Under the pieces are notes generated by a model, which worked only from the letters and a program-made list of their open reading frames with translations, was not told where the DNA came from and ran no database searches. Both the position numbers and the translations under genes were made by a program. This document shows positions 59,515-64,000 of a DNA stretch of 64,000 nt, piece after piece. Position 1 is the stretch's first letter. Every line of letters starts with the position of its first letter. Source of the stretch: Lawsonibacter sp. (lineage in GTDB: Bacteria; Bacillota; Clostridia; Oscillospirales; Oscillospiraceae); NCBI GenBank assembly GCA_022791995.1, contig JAAWAD010000090.1, forward strand, positions 2,277 to 66,276. Direction: 5' to 3'.

Positions 59515-60246
59515 ATGAACGTCTACCACACCCCTGCGTATCAGGCCCACCGCCAGAAATATGCCTTCTCCTTCTCGGAGGCGCACCGCGTTCCAAGCCC
59601 GGGAAGAACGTTCGTGCTGCCCCCGGGCTGGTCGGTCCACTCCAGGCACTACTATGCAGAGCAGGGGAGCTTCGCCTGCCGGACGGCCCGACACCAGCTG
59701 CTGGACAGCGAAGGCCAGATGGTGTATACTTGGGATAACCTCAATCCAGATGGGGAGTTCTACACCCTGGTCCCCCATGCAAACGGCAGACACTATCTAA
59801 TTTTCCGGGAGGATTTGTACGGCTACAGCGTTCTGGAGACGGAGACCGGGCAGACCCTCCACTATCTGCCGGAAAAGTCCTGGCCCTGGGACAAAAAGGG
59901 GTTTCTGGAGACCTTCATCTGGACCGACACGGCCTATGACCCAAGGACGAATCTGCTGGCCGCCTACGGCTGCTACTGGGGCGGGGGAAACAATATGCAG
60001 TTTTTGGACTTTACCCACCCCCTGGAGGAGCAGGACTGTGCCGTATGGCTGGACATCCACGATGTGGTGGACCCGGAGTACGACCTGTACGACGACATTG
60101 ATCTGGAGCGGTTCGGGGAGGACGGCTTTCTCTCCTTCAGGACTCTCAGCGCAGAGGACGGGTCACAGGGCGGCTTTCGGTTCCCGGAGGATTCGCTTCT
60201 GGACCTGGTGCAGAAGAAAAAATTGACGAGTGAGGAGCGAGGATAA
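59515..60246 (+). CDS. Hypothetical protein
   Basis: RBS GAGGAGG, host-like codon usage, TAATG coupling to ispD. Confidence 0.7.
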   Translation: MNVYHTPAYQAHRQKYAFSFSEAHRVPSPGRTFVLPPGWSVHSRHYYAEQGSFACRTARHQLLDSEGQMVYTWDNLNPDGEFYTLVPHANGRHYLIFREDLYGYSVLETETGQTLHYLPEKSWPWDKKGFLETFIWTDTAYDPRTNLLAAYGCYWGGGNNMQFLDFTHPLEEQDCAVWLDIHDVVDPEYDLYDDIDLERFGEDGFLSFRTLSAEDGSQGGFRFPEDSLLDLVQKKKLTSEERG

Positions 60247-60980
60247 TGGCAGGTCTGCTGTCTCTGTTTCAAAAAAAGCCGGCGCCCCCCGCCTGTTCAG
60301 CGGTTATCGTGGCGGCGGGAGCCTCGTCACGGATGGAGGGTATTGACAAAATGATGGCCTCCCTGGGAGAGCTCCCTGTGCTGGTCCATACCCTGTATGC
60401 TTTTCAGGACTGCTCCGCCGTGGACGAAATCATTTTGGTCACCCGAGAGGACCTGCTGGTGGAGGCGGCCCGCCTGTGTAAGGACTTCCAGCTGGACAAG
60501 GTGCGCAAGGTGATTGTCGGGGGCGCCGAGCGCAGCCAGTCGGTGCAGGCTGGCCTGCGGGAGGTGCGGGAGGACGTTTCCCTCATTGCCATTCACGACG
60601 GCGCCCGGCCTCTGGTGCCCCAGGCGGTCATTGCTCAGGCGGTGGAGCAGGCGGCTAAGACGGGGGCCGCAGCCCCGGCGGCTCCCCTGACCGATACCAT
60701 CAAGCGGGGGGAGAAGGGACTGGCGGTGGAGACAGTGGACCGCTCCGCCCTGTGGGCGGTCCAGACCCCCCAGGTCTTCGAGGCGGGGTTGATCCGGGCT
60801 GCCCTGAAAAAGGCCCTGGAGGACGGCGCAGCCATCACCGACGACTGTGCCGCTGTAGAGCGGTTGGGGATGAAGGTGGTGCTTACCCCGGGCAGCCGGG
60901 AGAATTTGAAAATTACAACCCCCCTGGACCTGATCCTGGGGGAGGCGATTCTTACTGCACGAGCAAAGGGGGAGCTGTAG
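60246..60980 (+). CDS. ispD: 2-C-methyl-D-erythritol 4-phosphate cytidylyltransferase
   Basis: AAG.SSRM, GGAERSQSV, IHDGARP, VQTPQ, TDD and N.KITT..DL motifs. Confidence 0.97.
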   Translation: MAGLLSLFQKKPAPPACSAVIVAAGASSRMEGIDKMMASLGELPVLVHTLYAFQDCSAVDEIILVTREDLLVEAARLCKDFQLDKVRKVIVGGAERSQSVQAGLREVREDVSLIAIHDGARPLVPQAVIAQAVEQAAKTGAAAPAAPLTDTIKRGEKGLAVETVDRSALWAVQTPQVFEAGLIRAALKKALEDGAAITDDCAAVERLGMKVVLTPGSRENLKITTPLDLILGEAILTARAKGEL

Positions 60981-61457
60981 ATGCGGATTGGACATGGTTA
61001 TGACGTTCATCGCCTTACAAAGGGCCGGAGACTGATTTTGGGCGGGGTGGAGATCCCATATGAAAAGGGTCTGCTGGGCCACTCCGATGCTGACGTTCTT
61101 ACCCACGCGGTGATGGACGCCCTGCTGGGGGCCGCCGGGCTGGGGGATATCGGGAGGTACTTCCCCGACACCGACCCTGCCTATGCCAGGGCGAACAGCC
61201 TGAATCTGCTGATCCATGTGCGGCAGCTGCTGTGGGAAAGCGGCTTTTCCGTGGGGAATGTGGACGTCACTGTTCTGGCCCAGCATCCCAAGCTGGCGCC
61301 GTACATTCCACAGATGCGGGACAATCTGGCCCAGGTTATGGATGTGGAACCGATCCAGGTCAATGTGAAGGCCACCACCGAGGAGGGGCTGGGCTTCACT
61401 GGCGCCGGTGAGGGGATCGCCGTCCACGCAGTCTGTCTGATTACAGAGAGGGGCTGA
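60981..61457 (+). CDS. ispF: 2-C-methyl-D-erythritol 2,4-cyclodiphosphate synthase
   Basis: [20 protein letters not shown] and [12 protein letters not shown] motifs. Confidence 0.97.
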   Translation: MRIGHGYDVHRLTKGRRLILGGVEIPYEKGLLGHSDADVLTHAVMDALLGAAGLGDIGRYFPDTDPAYARANSLNLLIHVRQLLWESGFSVGNVDVTVLAQHPKLAPYIPQMRDNLAQVMDVEPIQVNVKATTEEGLGFTGAGEGIAVHAVCLITERG

Positions 61458-61460
61458 GCC

Positions 61461-62753
61461 ATGGGACTGTTTTTGCAGACCGCTCTTTTCCCCGGCTCCA
61501 CCGTGGAGCTGGCCCGGGCGGCAGTGGAGCAGGCTGCGCAGGAGATAGGGAGTTATGAGCTTACCCCGGAGCTGTGCCGGTACTACCAGAACCAGGAGGG
61601 GGCCCATGTACTGCTGGAGGACGAGTGTCCCGGCCTGGGTGAGCTGGCGAAGGCCCTATCAAAAGCAGGGAGCTGTCCGGTGCTGCTGCTGTACATCTAT
61701 GACGGGGATATGTGGGGGTACAATTTCTATGACAATGGGCAGGAGGTGGACTGCTTTGACCCTATGCCCGACTACTTTGGACCTGCCACGGAATTTCAAA
61801 GGAAGCAGATGGCTGGAAGGCCGGAGGCGGTGGCGGAGTACTTCCCGGCTGTCACGGCGGAGACCCTTCGAGCCTATCTGGTTCCCTGGGCCGAGGTGCT
61901 GACGGAGGGAGAGACACGGTACGCCTGCCCAGGGGACGAGTTTCCCTACGGGGACTGCTGGCAGATGGTGGATTTCACCGCCCGTCTGGGCTTCCCCTGG
62001 CCCTTCGACGACGGAGAGGCAGAGCGGCAACGCCCTGTACTGCCCACCCTGCGGGAGATTTTAGGGGGAAATCTGCCGCCCCGGCCCGTCCCGGACGACG
62101 GCTGGGAGGGGGTGGTCCCCCTCCTGGGAAGCCTGCCCTCCTCCCTGGACCCGGACTACATCCGGCGGCTGCTGGAGGAGGCGGGGATGGAGCCGTTTTT
62201 GGACTGCGCACCCCAGGAGGTGCTGTCCGCCTATGAGGAGAAGCGCGCGCAAATCCGGCCCCGGGCCCCGGAGCAGGACCCCTTCTGCCGGCGGCTGGCC
62301 GTTTTGGCCGGCTTCTGTGCCAAGTGGATGGGCAACCCGGTTCTGGCCTTCTGGGAGCTGTACAACGCCACGGACAACGCCATCCTGGCCCCTGACAACG
62401 GCGGCCCGGTGGATGTGGAGACCCTCCGCGCCCGGGGTATGGCGGTGCCGCTGATGATGAAGCGCCACATCGCCTGGAAGGATCTGACCCGCCTGCTGGA
62501 GCTGGACCCGGAAAACCGGGACATCTATCTGCTGTGCCGGTCTTATTTTGGGCTGATGGACCCGGGGAAGCGGGCGAAGCTGGCCCAGGCCGACCTGGGA
62601 GAGCTGCAATGGCTGGGCCTTCCGGCAAGGGACGATCCCCGGCTGTGCTGGGAGGGCTTTTCCCGGAAATTTTTGCGGCAGGTGTACGGAAAGCCGCCGG
62701 AAAACCGGGGCTTGAAGGGATTTGGAGAAGGAAAGGACTGGTATTTGAAATGA
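61461..62753 (+). CDS. Hypothetical protein (acidic N-terminal domain, helical/TPR-like C-terminus)
   Basis: Long ORF starting 3 nt after the ispF stop; DLTRLLELDPEN is TPR-like. Confidence 0.72.
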   Translation: MGLFLQTALFPGSTVELARAAVEQAAQEIGSYELTPELCRYYQNQEGAHVLLEDECPGLGELAKALSKAGSCPVLLLYIYDGDMWGYNFYDNGQEVDCFDPMPDYFGPATEFQRKQMAGRPEAVAEYFPAVTAETLRAYLVPWAEVLTEGETRYACPGDEFPYGDCWQMVDFTARLGFPWPFDDGEAERQRPVLPTLREILGGNLPPRPVPDDGWEGVVPLLGSLPSSLDPDYIRRLLEEAGMEPFLDCAPQEVLSAYEEKRAQIRPRAPEQDPFCRRLAVLAGFCAKWMGNPVLAFWELYNATDNAILAPDNGGPVDVETLRARGMAVPLMMKRHIAWKDLTRLLELDPENRDIYLLCRSYFGLMDPGKRAKLAQADLGELQWLGLPARDDPRLCWEGFSRKFLRQVYGKPPENRGLKGFGEGKDWYLK

Positions 62754-63208
62754 AGCTTGCGGAAGCACTGCACCAGCGGGCCGACCTGCAAAAGCGGATT
62801 GCCCAGCTGAAGCAGCGCCTGCTGGACAACGCCAAGGTCCAGGAGGGAGAGGTCCCCGCGGAGGACCCCCAGGAGCTGCTGGCTGAGCTGGAGCGGGAGA
62901 GCGGAGAGCTGGAGACCCTGATCCGGCGGATCAACCACACCAACTGCGGGGTGAAGCATGAGGGCGAAAGCCTCACCGCCCTGCTGGCCAGGCGGGACGC
63001 CATGGCCCTGCGGGCCTCGGTTCTGCGGGACTTCCTGGCCGCCGCCAGCCAAAAGGTGGATCGGTTTTCCCACACGGAGATCCGCATCCAGAGCGCGGTT
63101 CCGGTGAAGAAGCTGCGGGCCCAAGCCGACGGCCTGTCCAAAGAGCTGCGGGAGCTGGATGTGCGCCTTCAGGGTCTGAACTGGACAGTGGATTTGCTCG
63201 AGGAGTAG
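62750..63208 (+). CDS. DIP1984-family coiled-coil protein
   Basis: MKLAEAL.QRADLQKRI, VQEGE.PAEDP, IN.TN, LARRD and LQ.LNWTVDL match my recollection of the family; ATGA overlap start. Confidence 0.85.
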   Translation: MKLAEALHQRADLQKRIAQLKQRLLDNAKVQEGEVPAEDPQELLAELERESGELETLIRRINHTNCGVKHEGESLTALLARRDAMALRASVLRDFLAAASQKVDRFSHTEIRIQSAVPVKKLRAQADGLSKELRELDVRLQGLNWTVDLLEE

Positions 63209-63447
63209 GGGCGGCTGCCTGAAGGTAGCCGGTCCGAGCGAGTGTGACCCCAGGCGGCGGGGAAAGCCGCACCTTTGTCAGCGGAGCGGAGCCTGACGCA
63301 CCAGGATGAAAAGGCTCAGCAATGTGACATCTGTATTGTATTGGACTCTCTTCGGAGGGGTGTGTATTGTGATTCCCATCACGCTGACGGACCGGCGAGG
63401 GTGTGGAACGGGGACAGGGCCCGGCGGGAAACCGCCGGGCCTTTTTT
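63209..63447 (+). ncRNA. Candidate structured non-coding RNA / 3' element downstream of the DIP1984 gene
   Basis: Nested helices, cUUCGg and GAAA loops, UGUA/UUGU repeats, ending in a terminator; no credible ORF. Folded by eye only. Confidence 0.6.
63418..63447 (+). terminator. Intrinsic terminator
   Basis: GGCCCGGCGG-GAAA-CCGCCGGGCC-TTTTTT. Confidence 0.9.
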
Positions 63448-63552
63448 GTGGTGGCAGAGGACCAGCCTGAGGCATAGGATAGGTGCAGAGAGGGGAACCC
63501 TCTCCGGGCCGGGGCTCCGGTCCGACTGGCACCCCAGGAAAGGAAACAAGTC

Positions 63553-63807
63553 ATGCTCTATTATCTCATTGTGTGCCGCTCTCTGACCTATGCCCAGCGG
63601 ACAGCCGCCGCGCTGGAGCGAGCGGGCATCACGGCCCGTATTCTGCGCTCCCCCAAGAGCATCGCTGGGGAGGGGTGCAGCCATTCCGTCAAGATATCCC
63701 AGCGCAGGCTCCCCGACGCCCTGCGGGTGCTGGAGCGGACGGGACTTACTCCCAAGCGTATTTTCATCACCGCCGGGGATGGCAGCTATCAGGAGGTGGA
63801 GTTGTGA
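63553..63807 (+). CDS. DUF3343-family small protein
   Basis: S.TYA....AL, P.SI...GC..S pattern; upstream of a cysteine desulfurase. Confidence 0.75.
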   Translation: MLYYLIVCRSLTYAQRTAAALERAGITARILRSPKSIAGEGCSHSVKISQRRLPDALRVLERTGLTPKRIFITAGDGSYQEVEL

Positions 63808-64000
63808 TTTATCTGGACAGCGCAGCCACCACACTGCAAAAGCCCCCCGCTGTGGCCCGGGCCTCCGCCCTGGCCATCCGCCATCTGGCCAGCCCGGGGC
63901 GTGGAGGACACCGGCCCGCTATGGCCGCCGCCCAGACCGCATTTGCCTGCCGGGAGGAGGTTGCCGCGCTTTTCCAGGTTCCCAGCCCGGACCAGGTAAT
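63804..64000 (+). CDS. Cysteine desulfurase-family PLP enzyme (3' truncated)
   Basis: GTG start; MIYLDSAATTLQKPPAV...SPGRGGH. Confidence 0.88.
   Translation, partial: MIYLDSAATTLQKPPAVARASALAIRHLASPGRGGHRPAMAAAQTAFACREEVAALFQVPSPDQV

Noticed and set aside
62534-62749. N-terminal extension of the DIP1984 ORF in the track (likewise upstream starts at 25724, 30808, 39866, 43980 and 57713)
   Set aside because: Overlaps an upstream gene or promoter; downstream starts have better RBS and family-typical N-termini.
63242-63276. Group II intron remnant (GTGTG; GCGG-GGAAAG-CCGC-AC resembles upper domain V)
   Set aside because: No AGC/CGC catalytic triad, no domain VI, no RT gene, and the element is far too short.
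63289-63317. Hammerhead ribozyme (CTGACG...GAAA)
   Set aside because: Core reads CUGACGC rather than CUGANGA, and the three-stem geometry is missing.
63274-63388. SAM-I riboswitch (GATGAA...GCTCAGCAA resemblance, desulfurase downstream)
   Set aside because: Lacks the AUC/GAU P1, GCAACC and GGUGC core elements.
63397-63447. T-box antiterminator (GGGTGTGGAACGG before a terminator)
   Set aside because: No UGGNACC bulge, no stem I AG/GNUG motifs, and no obvious antiterminator pairing.
1-64000. CRISPR arrays, tRNA/rRNA, IS elements, integrases, selenocysteine read-through
   Set aside because: None recognised by eye; not excluded without tRNAscan, Infernal, ISEScan and a SECIS search.

Overview
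This is a 64-kb, GC-rich chromosomal window with Firmicutes-style features (SigA promoters, GGAGG RBSs, SLH protein, lipoprotein-type TRAP SBPs); a Clostridia/Oscillospiraceae-like gut anaerobe is inferred. No rRNA, tRNA, CRISPR, transposase, integrase or phage gene was recognised. In order it holds: an RpiR-nitrilase-permease unit; a DeoR-linked TRAP operon ending in patatin and GDSL esterases; a LytTR/DUF3021 pair; a ~1900-aa transglutaminase-like SLH surface protein; an NhaC transporter; two back-to-back GntR-linked TRAP sugar-acid clusters (uxuA side and uxaA side) with three epimerase-family genes; the TIGR03960/TIGR03936 radical-SAM pair; a stand-alone carboxyltransferase-biotin carrier; rfbA with a degenerate 5'-nucleotidase; nfnAB; three MCPs plus an orphan SBP; and a carD-ispD-ispF operon interleaved with uncharacterised genes. 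The best candidate for an undescribed system is the DIP1984-family gene (62750-63208) followed by a ~240-nt structured non-coding element with UGUA/UUGU repeats and its own terminator. Second is a possible pathway for rare hexonate stereoisomers. All calls come from motif recognition by eye; no database search or folding program was run.
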